Part shown: positions 9,494-17,137 of the stretch, piece by piece
Numbering within the stretch: position 1 is the stretch's first letter
Layout: each line of letters begins with the position of its first letter
IMG/VR virus record: IMGVR_UViG_3300030060_000625
Span: 1-53,690 of that record
Length of the DNA: 53,690 nucleotides
Direction: 5' to 3' (one strand)
Source: a virus
Taxonomy: Duplodnaviria > Caudoviricetes
Program-made: the position numbers and the translations under genes
The notes under the pieces: generated by a model
Seen by the model: only the letters and a program-made list of their open reading frames with translations
The model's database searches: none
Told to the model about the DNA's origin: nothing

Positions 9494-11004
9494 TACATTC
9501 TAGCCCCTGGAGTAAATTCTAGTTCAAATCCTTTTAGTGTTATAGGAGGATTACCTGATTCGTCTTCAACTCTTATAACTACTGTAAACCCACTACCCTC
9601 TACACTTTGTCGAACAATGGGTATTCCTGTTGCACCGTACACGGACGTATCATAGGTTCCTGTTCCGTATACAGCGGCTGTGCTTTGTGTTGTTAAAGTA
9701 TAAGCTGCAGGTTGCGGAGAACTTGCATCTTCAAAATCATACTTTACAAATAAAGATGCGTTAACGCTTCCTTCTGTATCAAAGTTAAGATTGATACGCT
9801 GCATGTTTTTGCGTATACCCGCATCTCCCATAGTGAGGTCAGGAGAACGGTATATCGCTCTTATGTTTGTTCCGTCAAAATCATTACCTAGTTCTTGTCT
9901 AAAAACATATCCATCAAAACTACCATGCACTACAGTTTCATTGGTTCCTATAAAATCAGAGTCAGCAGAAGCTGCTTTGATACCTTTTAAATCTGCGTAT
10001 TCCCACCCTATCTGTCCTTGTGGGTTTGACTTGATAACGCCTATAATACCTTGTGCGCCAGCCTCTGAACCACCTATGGTCGGATAGAACAGTCGGTACT
10101 GACTTTTTGTTCTAATAACGGTAGAGCATACATTATCAAAACCAATCTCATTAATACGTTGTTGTATTTGTTTTGATACAGTTCCTAGTTCTACGTCACC
10201 AATTCTAGCAGTACCAGCAATTGTACGTAGACCGTCTGGTGCTAGAAAGATTAAGTCACCACCTATTTCCTGCACACTGTTGCCATCGCTACAACCAATG
10301 TTACGAGACACTGGTGCAATTGCAAAGTCAGAACTAGAACTACCTGTTAGTTTGAATATTCTGTCTTTGCCAAAGATAATAAGTGACTCACGAAACGATT
10401 TAAGAGCAACAACTTCTGTGTCTACTTTTACACTGCCAGAACCAGTTCCTGTATAATCAGATTCATCAAACGGCACTGTAAACTGAACCTGTTGTTTTGC
10501 AGCAGAAGTACCAGCATAAAAAATGTGGTTTTTAAATGCTGCTACTGATGTAGCGTTAGCTGGTGCGCCTGAAGCATTTAGAGCAGTTAGCGTACCACCA
10601 GTAGTGTACCTTGCTGGTGTGTTAGCACCATCAATCCATATAATAGAGTCCGTTCCGTTAAAGTTATATTTTTCAAAGCGTGGTCTACTAGGTGTGTTAG
10701 CTTGAGTACCAATAGAAGACCAAGCACTTCCCGTTCCAAACTTAACCGCTGTGCCAGAAATTGCTATAACACCGCTGTTAAATACAGCTACACCTGTAAC
10801 CTTATTACTCCCGTTAACTTGACCAGAGGCAAACTTAGTTGTTCCATCTATACGTCTGTAGCCACCCTTAACAGACGGCTCGTAATTTTGTAGTATACTA
10901 GCAGCACCCACAGGCATTGTGTACACATCACGGTCTAGAACAAGACCTCCTGACGTTGTAACAACGTAGGGTGATATATACTCAGGTGCGGTTATTTGTG
11001 CCAT
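9493..11004 (-). CDS. Tail tubular protein B / nozzle (503 aa)
   Basis: Beta-propeller-like composition (GGDLIFLAPDGLR); lies between adaptor and fibre genes. Confidence 0.7.
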   Translation of the reverse strand: MAQITAPEYISPYVVTTSGGLVLDRDVYTMPVGAASILQNYEPSVKGGYRRIDGTTKFASGQVNGSNKVTGVAVFNSGVIAISGTAVKFGTGSAWSSIGTQANTPSRPRFEKYNFNGTDSIIWIDGANTPARYTTGGTLTALNASGAPANATSVAAFKNHIFYAGTSAAKQQVQFTVPFDESDYTGTGSGSVKVDTEVVALKSFRESLIIFGKDRIFKLTGSSSSDFAIAPVSRNIGCSDGNSVQEIGGDLIFLAPDGLRTIAGTARIGDVELGTVSKQIQQRINEIGFDNVCSTVIRTKSQYRLFYPTIGGSEAGAQGIIGVIKSNPQGQIGWEYADLKGIKAASADSDFIGTNETVVHGSFDGYVFRQELGNDFDGTNIRAIYRSPDLTMGDAGIRKNMQRINLNFDTEGSVNASLFVKYDFEDASSPQPAAYTLTTQSTAAVYGTGTYDTSVYGATGIPIVRQSVEGSGFTVVIRVEDESGNPPITLKGFELEFTPGARM

Positions 11005-11119
11005 TTAGTTTCTTCAATCTCTTTTGCCTAGCTATCCACATCTTAACAAGCTCTGGATCACGCTCTTGTTTTGTTGCACTGTGAGAGTATTTACCTTTCT
11101 TGTTCTGAATTTTAGCCAC
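10982..11119 (-). CDS. Small basic hypothetical protein (45 aa, MAKIQNKKGKYSHS...)
   Basis: Own translation; GTG start overlaps the upstream stop (TAGTG) and the ORF fills the gap between adaptor and nozzle genes. Confidence 0.5.
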   Translation of the reverse strand: MAKIQNKKGKYSHSATKQERDPELVKMWIARQKRLKKLNGTNNRT

Positions 11120-12210
11120 TACGTGTTTACCTTAATAAGTTTACCAGAAGAACGTAAACCCCGTGCGTACATGTAGTTCTTTCTGTTTAGAAGTTCTACA
11201 CGCATACGTTTGATACCTTCAAAGTAATCTTTTTCTGCTGCTTCCTTACCAGCAACGTTGGCTCTCATCATGTAGGTGTAATATTTTGCTCTGTTAACGA
11301 TGATGTCGTGAAACCTAACAGGTAATGTAGGAATATCTGTGTATGCAGATAAATCAGTGTGTGTTTGGTAGTATTGATACGACACACTTAACACACGATT
11401 AGGAATAGGAGACAAACCGTATTTTTCATCATTTGTTTTATAAACGTAATGTGGTAAAGCAAACTGGTTGGCAGATGTTTGATCTAGGTCTGTTTCTGAA
11501 AAAGTTTCAAACCACTCATCGTGAGATATGTAACGTAATTTGTGTGGTTGCTCGTTCTCAACAGCTTCTATTGTATCTATCTCTGCTTCACTACCGCTTG
11601 ACTCAGCAAGACCAACATATGTTGTTGTAGCTGTAGCTGTAAACCTATTAACTTGCCACTCACCATCTCCAGCATCTGTAACACTTAGTGTGGCACTAAG
11701 ATTCTGTGTTCCTCCAGAAGATGTGCCTACTTTTAGTGTTACATCATTAGAAAATGTACGTGTTCTAATAACATACTCTTTGTTAATGATAGTCTGAATA
11801 GTTTGTGTTACCTCTGCGCTTGATAGCCTTAAAGCTCCAGCTATAGAAGCACCTGAGTTTGTAGTCTCAACTTTTATTGGTGATCCTGATACTACAGTCC
11901 AGTTAAGTATGTTTGTGTTAAACGTTCCGTTAGTAATTAAATTTTTAGGACGCAACATAAATGTGTCCCAATCAATCTTACGAAAGTCAGAGGGCAACAA
12001 GTATTCTTGTGTGCCAGCAACTATATCGTCAGTTCTATTTGCAATCAAATAAGGCCACTCAATCTCTGCATTGTAGATATCGTTGATGGCTTTATTTACA
12101 ACATTTTTTACTGTCGTCTGTACGCCTCTTGACGAACCAAAGGTTGTAGAGGTAAGCTCTATTTCATTTAGTTCATTGAGAACATTATTTACAATAGTAA
12201 GATAATTCAT
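11119..12210 (-). CDS. Tail tubular protein A / head-tail adaptor with a central beta-sandwich insertion (363 aa)
   Basis: N-terminus MNYLTIVNNVLNELNE...VNKAINDIYNAEIEWPY and helical C-terminus fit podovirus adaptors; central NLITNGTF...W segment is CBM-like. Confidence 0.7.
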   Translation of the reverse strand: MNYLTIVNNVLNELNEIELTSTTFGSSRGVQTTVKNVVNKAINDIYNAEIEWPYLIANRTDDIVAGTQEYLLPSDFRKIDWDTFMLRPKNLITNGTFNTNILNWTVVSGSPIKVETTNSGASIAGALRLSSAEVTQTIQTIINKEYVIRTRTFSNDVTLKVGTSSGGTQNLSATLSVTDAGDGEWQVNRFTATATTTYVGLAESSGSEAEIDTIEAVENEQPHKLRYISHDEWFETFSETDLDQTSANQFALPHYVYKTNDEKYGLSPIPNRVLSVSYQYYQTHTDLSAYTDIPTLPVRFHDIIVNRAKYYTYMMRANVAGKEAAEKDYFEGIKRMRVELLNRKNYMYARGLRSSGKLIKVNT

Positions 12211-12368
12211 TATTCCTCACAATCATTGCAACGACAAGTTTTACAAACCTCTACTTGCTGGCTTCCAGTGTCACTACTATGATTTCTAAAAGATCGTACT
12301 GTTGACAAAGTTTTAGTAAGTTTATTGCTACAATGAGAGTCATATCCACAATTACTACATTTAGCCAT
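12210..12368 (-). CDS. Small Cys-rich putative metal-binding protein (52 aa)
   Basis: Own translation MAKCSNCGYDSHCSN...VCKTCRCNDCEE; start and stop each overlap a neighbouring gene (TGATG, TAATG). Confidence 0.7.
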   Translation of the reverse strand: MAKCSNCGYDSHCSNKLTKTLSTVRSFRNHSSDTGSQQVEVCKTCRCNDCEE

Positions 12369-12670
12369 CAGCATTTCCACCTTCGTCTGGCTTGCCTGAT
12401 GCGCGAGTTAGGATCATTTCTAGTTTTAGCAGAACTACGTTTCAGTTGACCTGCAGACCTAGCGCAATAACTCTTTCTACGTTTGGCTGCTTTACTTCCT
12501 GCTTTAACTTTACCAGTAACAGCACCTTTTAGCTTGGACCCTGGATTAGCTCTACGGTGTGCAGCAATACCTTTTTTTGTCATACCAGCACCCTTTTTAG
12601 TTGGGCGATAGTTTGCTCCTTTACCTCTAGTAGTTTTAGGTATTGCTTTTTGAGGTTTACGTGCCATCAA
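12368..12670 (-). CDS. Highly basic conserved phage protein (DUF6321-like, 100 aa)
   Basis: GAGMTKKG...NPGSKLK...RRKSYCARSAG...RRRWKC pattern recognised from marine phages. Confidence 0.7.
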   Translation of the reverse strand: MMARKPQKAIPKTTRGKGANYRPTKKGAGMTKKGIAAHRRANPGSKLKGAVTGKVKAGSKAAKRRKSYCARSAGQLKRSSAKTRNDPNSRIRQARRRWKC

Positions 12671-12876
12671 TCCTTACCGTATTTAGATACCTTGCCTCCG
12701 TAGGCATATTTACGTCCACGATACATCATGCCGCCGCCCATCATCTTCTTGGGTTTGATCATGCCGCCGCCCATCATCTTCTTAGGTTTCTTTTTCATCT
12801 GCGCGGCTGCAGTTTTCATCGGTTCCGTTTTGTTACCGTCATTGTCAATGTCAATATAATCTGGTTTCATAGCCAT
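12667..12876 (-). CDS. Small basic protein with DIDNDG and repeated KPKKMMGGGM motifs (69 aa)
   Basis: AAGGA Shine-Dalgarno; ATGA overlap with the downstream gene. Confidence 0.7.
   Translation of the reverse strand: MAMKPDYIDIDNDGNKTEPMKTAAAQMKKKPKKMMGGGMIKPKKMMGGGMMYRGRKYAYGGKVSKYGKD
12725..12789. repeat. 33-bp-period tandem duplication inside the 69-aa gene
   Basis: ATCATGCCGCCGCCCATCATCTTCTT at 12725 and 12758, each followed by RGGTTT. Confidence 0.9.
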
Positions 12877-12888
12877 TATTAGATTCCT

Positions 12889-13380
12889 TTATGTTGCTGC
12901 AAACACACGCACGTTAGCGGTGCTGCCTGAAGAGTTATAACATTCGATGCGATCAATAGTATCTGCAGTCCAGTTTGTTTCCCAAGTATCTTGTTCTGCA
13001 AGATAATTTGCTTCACTAAATGATCCAGCAACATCACCTCTATTACGGCTAAGATCATCTGCAAGACAGAACGGAATACCTGCTTGTAACTTAACAACCC
13101 ATGCGTTCTCTAGGTTACTGCCAGCAACGGTGCCACCCTCATTACACATAAGCTGTATCTCTACAACCTGATCTGACTCAACCCACAAGAAATCAAAGTC
13201 ATCTAACATCGTGTCATTCCATACCTCTACTAGCGTACCGTTAGTAATAGAATAACGTTTGTCAAAGTAATGTGTTATTGTAATTGAGTCTGTAGCTGTA
13301 GTGCTGCCACCAGTGATGGTGTGCGAGTCATCATCTGGTATATCTACAGTAAAGTGTGTGGTGAGGCTTAGAGTAGCCAT
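12889..13380 (-). CDS. Hypothetical protein, possibly structural (163 aa, acidic, beta-rich)
   Basis: GGAG Shine-Dalgarno; late operon location. Confidence 0.7.
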   Translation of the reverse strand: MATLSLTTHFTVDIPDDDSHTITGGSTTATDSITITHYFDKRYSITNGTLVEVWNDTMLDDFDFLWVESDQVVEIQLMCNEGGTVAGSNLENAWVVKLQAGIPFCLADDLSRNRGDVAGSFSEANYLAEQDTWETNWTADTIDRIECYNSSGSTANVRVFAAT

Positions 13381-13404
13381 TATAATTTCTCCGTTTTCTA
13401 GAAA

Positions 13405-14043
13405 CTATTTACCCCATTCTTTCTTCAGGTAATTCTGTACAAGAACAGATTTGGTAAAAATTTGCGGTGCTTCTTTATTCTGTGATAAAAATTGATTTAC
13501 CTCATATAGATTTTTTAGTATGAAATATTGTTGATACGAAATATTAGAAGACATCCAACCTAGTATGTTTGTTCTAACTCCAGAGGTTACTTTTGTAACA
13601 CCGTGGGGATACGTGATAGGAAAGATAGCTGCTTGCCCCATCTCCAGTTTTCTAGAAATAACGCCCAACTCTGTTTCAAAGAATATCTCTCCACCTTCAT
13701 AGTTGTCATCCAGATTAATAGTAAAACCATAGTCAAAGAAGATATTATTGGATTTTGGACTTGCTTTAAAATTGTCAACATGAAGATTGTAGTAGTCTCC
13801 TTCTTCGTATCTGTTATAATAATTTACTGAAACTCTGTTGGGACAATACACTGTATCAACGTAGTGTGTGTCGTACATTTTAGAGATAATCAGTTTGCGT
13901 ACTTCATCTGGTACACTCTGTGATTCTTTGTTTTTCTTGATACCTGATATTGGTTGCGTTTCGTTACCGTCACCAAAAGTATCTTTAGTAATTTCATTGT
14001 AGCAGAAATCTGCTTCTTCTTTATTGAGTAGCTGTATAAACAT
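13405..14043 (-). CDS. 2OG-Fe(II) oxygenase, PKHD-type hydroxylase-like (212 aa)
   Basis: YEEGDYYNLHVD (HxD), YEGGE, YPHGVTKVTSGVR (distal His and Arg). Confidence 0.9.
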   Translation of the reverse strand: MFIQLLNKEEADFCYNEITKDTFGDGNETQPISGIKKNKESQSVPDEVRKLIISKMYDTHYVDTVYCPNRVSVNYYNRYEEGDYYNLHVDNFKASPKSNNIFFDYGFTINLDDNYEGGEIFFETELGVISRKLEMGQAAIFPITYPHGVTKVTSGVRTNILGWMSSNISYQQYFILKNLYEVNQFLSQNKEAPQIFTKSVLVQNYLKKEWGK

Positions 14044-14077
14044 AGTATGACCCTTTCACAAATAATTGAACACAGCA

Positions 14078-14108
14078 AGAAAGGTGTGGGATTTTTACAG
14101 AACCCCAC
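14078..14108 (-). terminator. Possible rho-independent terminator after the capsid genes
   Basis: Minus strand GTGGGGTT-loop-AATCCCAC followed by ACCTTTCTT; imperfect U-tract. Confidence 0.45.
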
Positions 14109-14121
14109 AAAACTGTTAGAA

Positions 14122-14589
14122 CTACGTTCCAGTTGAAACTGTAGCTGATTCGACAGGGTTACGAGAGATGTCGCAGATAACAGCGTGTACGCGCATACGC
14201 AACGCAGTTGTTCCACTAGAACCACCATCAAGAACCGTAACTTGAATCGCGTTAGCAGAGGTAACAGTGTTAATCCCTGCTGCTTTCAAATTAAATTGAA
14301 TAAGCGCAGCAGAGTTAGAGCCTCCACCGTCAACTAGCGAATCAACATCCGTCGATACACCAACGTCAAGAGTAATTTGTCCATTACCTGAAGCTTCTAG
14401 AACTTCTAGGCAACCACCGATTACCATTGTGTCTGCAGGAAGATCAATAAGTTTTACTATATCGTCTCCTGCAAGACTAGTGTTGTCTACAGCATCGTAT
14501 ACTGGAGAAGTAATGACATAAGGAACAGAAGCATTAGAAGGATGTCCTACCGTGCCTCCACCCGTAACTGTCCGATCATAAGTAGCCAT
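14122..14589 (-). CDS. Putative capsid decoration / minor capsid protein (155 aa)
   Basis: Directly after the MCP with a strong AGGAGG Shine-Dalgarno and before a hairpin; beta-rich. Confidence 0.6.
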   Translation of the reverse strand: MATYDRTVTGGGTVGHPSNASVPYVITSPVYDAVDNTSLAGDDIVKLIDLPADTMVIGGCLEVLEASGNGQITLDVGVSTDVDSLVDGGGSNSAALIQFNLKAAGINTVTSANAIQVTVLDGGSSGTTALRMRVHAVICDISRNPVESATVSTGT

Positions 14590-14603
14590 GATTCATACCC
14601 TCC

Positions 14604-15575
14604 TTACGAGCCAAGATCAACAACACCAGAGAACACACCCTTGTAGCCATCGCCGCTACCGCGCAGAACTTTACGTCCGAAGACATGAAGACCACGAACA
14701 ATATCAGCAAAGCTGTCAGGGTCACGAATAACTTCCGTTTTGGCAATGTGAGAAGCCGTAGCAACAGCACTCATATGTCCATACAGGAAGATGTGTTCAC
14801 CAGCATTGGTCGATGAGAATGTGTGACTTGCTGCTGCACCAGCACCACCGTTAACGATAGCGTTAGTCTGATACAGTTTAAAGCCGTGAATGATTCGATC
14901 CGTTACCAGACCATTCATTAGCGCAGAACCTGCTTCTCCAGTAACACTGGAATCCATCAGTTTTGCATCAGCTTGACGCAGAACTTCATAGAACTCAGGG
15001 TCGGCAACCAACCAACGGTTTTCATAAGGGACATCGTTTTCATCCATAACCTTTGCAGCACTACTAATTGCATTGGCAAGTTCGTTACCCGTGCAAGCAG
15101 AACCAGTACCAGAACCAGTGATAGGAGACGAATCCGTACCCGTGTCACCTGCGCTAGTAGCAGCATTGCTGTAAATGTTGTTAAGAATGTTGAAGTCAAA
15201 CGCCTTCTTCAGAGTGTACGCACCAGAAGAAGTCGCCAGTGACTCAAAGTTAAGGTGAGAATGACGCTCTTCAATGTCATCTACCTTAAAGGCAAAATAG
15301 TTGCCCTGATCCACTACAAGCTGGATTTGGTCATCTGCCAAATCTTGCGTGTTAACTGTGGAACCGCGAGTATACGAAGAAACCGAAATGGTCGGCTCTT
15401 TAATGATATTCACGGTGTCACCAAAGTTCTCAATCTCTCCTGAGTAATCGGTGTTGGTAATAGCTTCCGCTACCGAAGACCTACGAAAGTATTTGAGTAC
15501 CTTTTGACTGTAAATAACAGGTACGAAATTACCTGACGGTAAGTTTGCGTATCCTGCAGCACTTGCATAAGCCAT
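14604..15575 (-). CDS. Major capsid protein (HMO-2011-like, 323 aa)
   Basis: NLPSGNFVPVIYS...ITNTDYSGEIENFGDTVNIIKEP...RDPDSFADIVRGLHVFGRKVLR; AAGGAG Shine-Dalgarno; follows the scaffold gene. Confidence 0.92.
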   Translation of the reverse strand: MAYASAAGYANLPSGNFVPVIYSQKVLKYFRRSSVAEAITNTDYSGEIENFGDTVNIIKEPTISVSSYTRGSTVNTQDLADDQIQLVVDQGNYFAFKVDDIEERHSHLNFESLATSSGAYTLKKAFDFNILNNIYSNAATSAGDTGTDSSPITGSGTGSACTGNELANAISSAAKVMDENDVPYENRWLVADPEFYEVLRQADAKLMDSSVTGEAGSALMNGLVTDRIIHGFKLYQTNAIVNGGAGAAASHTFSSTNAGEHIFLYGHMSAVATASHIAKTEVIRDPDSFADIVRGLHVFGRKVLRGSGDGYKGVFSGVVDLGS

Positions 15576-15609
15576 TGCTTATACTCCTTTTACAAAAGGT
15601 TTTAGTTTA

Positions 15610-16515
15610 TTATAGAGAATCTACTACTCGCCCATCTTTAGCTGCTTTGTCTATATCCTTTTCAAGAGCAGCATATTCATGGGGTTTTAGTTTAGAGATT
15701 TCATCAATAGTCCAAACTTTTGTGTCGTCTTGCAGTTCTTCAATATAACGCCGTTGTTGCGTTTTTGTAACTGCTTCAGCCGCACTACGTTTAGGTTGTT
15801 GTTGATTACTCTTTGTAGTAGCTCTCCTCTTTGACCTCGTTTTAGAGGAAATACCTTTATCTGCTTTGTACAAGTCAATAACTCTTGCGGCCCATTTAGC
15901 ATCAGTATTATTTTTATAGATACCATCTGAGATAGTAGAAGGTTGTTCGTCAAGCCAGTTAAGAAAATCATCACTACTTTTTAGATTACCGAAATCAGAG
16001 TGCATTGTTAGAAGTTCTTGTTCTGCAGTTTGCACAACAGCTTCTTGCTCTTTAATTTTAAGGTCTTCTAAGCGTGACTCAATATCTTTGACTCGATCAC
16101 TTGCCTTCAAAGCTGAGATAGTTTCAACAACATCGTAAACATCTGGATACTTTTCACGGAACTCTGTCAACTCTTCCTCTGTCTTGGGCAGCACTGGTAA
16201 TTCACTAGATTTTTCTGCCATCGAAAGTTGGGCTTCAAGAAGTTCTTGTTGCTGTTTCCATTCGTTTAGTTTGTTGTCGTAATGCTTCTTTAAATCACCA
16301 TAACGTTTTTTATAGTCATGTTCATTTTCAGCATTACCTTGTCTATCTACCAGACCCTGCTTTTTAGGTTTCGGAGTAGCCATATCAATTGGGTCTTCCA
16401 CCTCGTCATCGTCTGGTTCATCTAAGCTATTCCTATACTGATTCTCGTATGGGGTAGGCTCAAGTTCTTCGTTGTACTCCTCTTCTAAAGCTATATCATC
16501 ATTACGTACAGTCAT
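15610..16515 (-). CDS. Capsid scaffolding protein (301 aa)
   Basis: Acidic coiled coil with YKKRYGDLKKH; C-terminal IDKAAKDGRV; immediately upstream of the MCP. Confidence 0.8.
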   Translation of the reverse strand: MTVRNDDIALEEEYNEELEPTPYENQYRNSLDEPDDDEVEDPIDMATPKPKKQGLVDRQGNAENEHDYKKRYGDLKKHYDNKLNEWKQQQELLEAQLSMAEKSSELPVLPKTEEELTEFREKYPDVYDVVETISALKASDRVKDIESRLEDLKIKEQEAVVQTAEQELLTMHSDFGNLKSSDDFLNWLDEQPSTISDGIYKNNTDAKWAARVIDLYKADKGISSKTRSKRRATTKSNQQQPKRSAAEAVTKTQQRRYIEELQDDTKVWTIDEISKLKPHEYAALEKDIDKAAKDGRVVDSL

Positions 16516-16529
16516 CTTTACCTCTCTTT

Positions 16530-16652
16530 CGTGGGGCCGTACTGAACCAGGATAAATTAAAAAAGTTCATCCAAAAAGTTACTAGCATACGGGTAGCCTA
16601 CGGTAGGTTAGCAATGGGGCCAAACAACACCTTGTTACTTGGGTAGCCATTG
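16530..16652 (-). promoter_or_regulatory. Twin stem-loop element in the scaffold 5' leader
   Basis: Two hairpins, each pairing a GGCTACCC arm with a GGCCCC arm; the second ends a few nt before the GAGGT Shine-Dalgarno. Confidence 0.6.
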
Positions 16653-16654
16653 GT

Positions 16655-17137
16655 TTAAAGGAACATCTGATAAAATTCAGAATTACGATGTTCCAATTCT
16701 TTTACTTCGCCATAACCATTGCGATAGTATCTCTTATATTCCTTGTGCATTGTTTCCGTATCATTATCTATAGCTGCAGCTACAAACTTAGGAAACTTAC
16801 GTAGTCCGTTTGCACCAAGGTTAAAAACAAAATCAGTAAACATTTCTTTACAGTTTTGCGGAAGGCTGTCAAAGTCACCACTGGCGTATTCAGAAATAAC
16901 ATTACTAGCACCATCGCAAGCATTAAGTATATCATGTATTAGTAACTTCTCTATTTCGTCGTTACTAACACCCTCTTGCATCCATTCTTCGCTGTCTAGT
17001 AGTTTGTGTCCGTAACCAATAGTGTCGTTACCGCCTTCTGGTGATTTGTGCGGATACCATGTACCATCTTGAAAACCAGCTTTACCGCCGTTCTCGACAC
17101 ACTTAATATATTCTATAAATTGTCCACGTATTTCCAT
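16655..17137 (-). CDS. Lysozyme / endolysin (GH24, T4-lysozyme-like, 160 aa)
   Basis: N-terminal Glu, DTIGYGHKL and DFVFNLG...FPKF motifs. Confidence 0.85.
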   Translation of the reverse strand: MEIRGQFIEYIKCVENGGKAGFQDGTWYPHKSPEGGNDTIGYGHKLLDSEEWMQEGVSNDEIEKLLIHDILNACDGASNVISEYASGDFDSLPQNCKEMFTDFVFNLGANGLRKFPKFVAAAIDNDTETMHKEYKRYYRNGYGEVKELEHRNSEFYQMFL

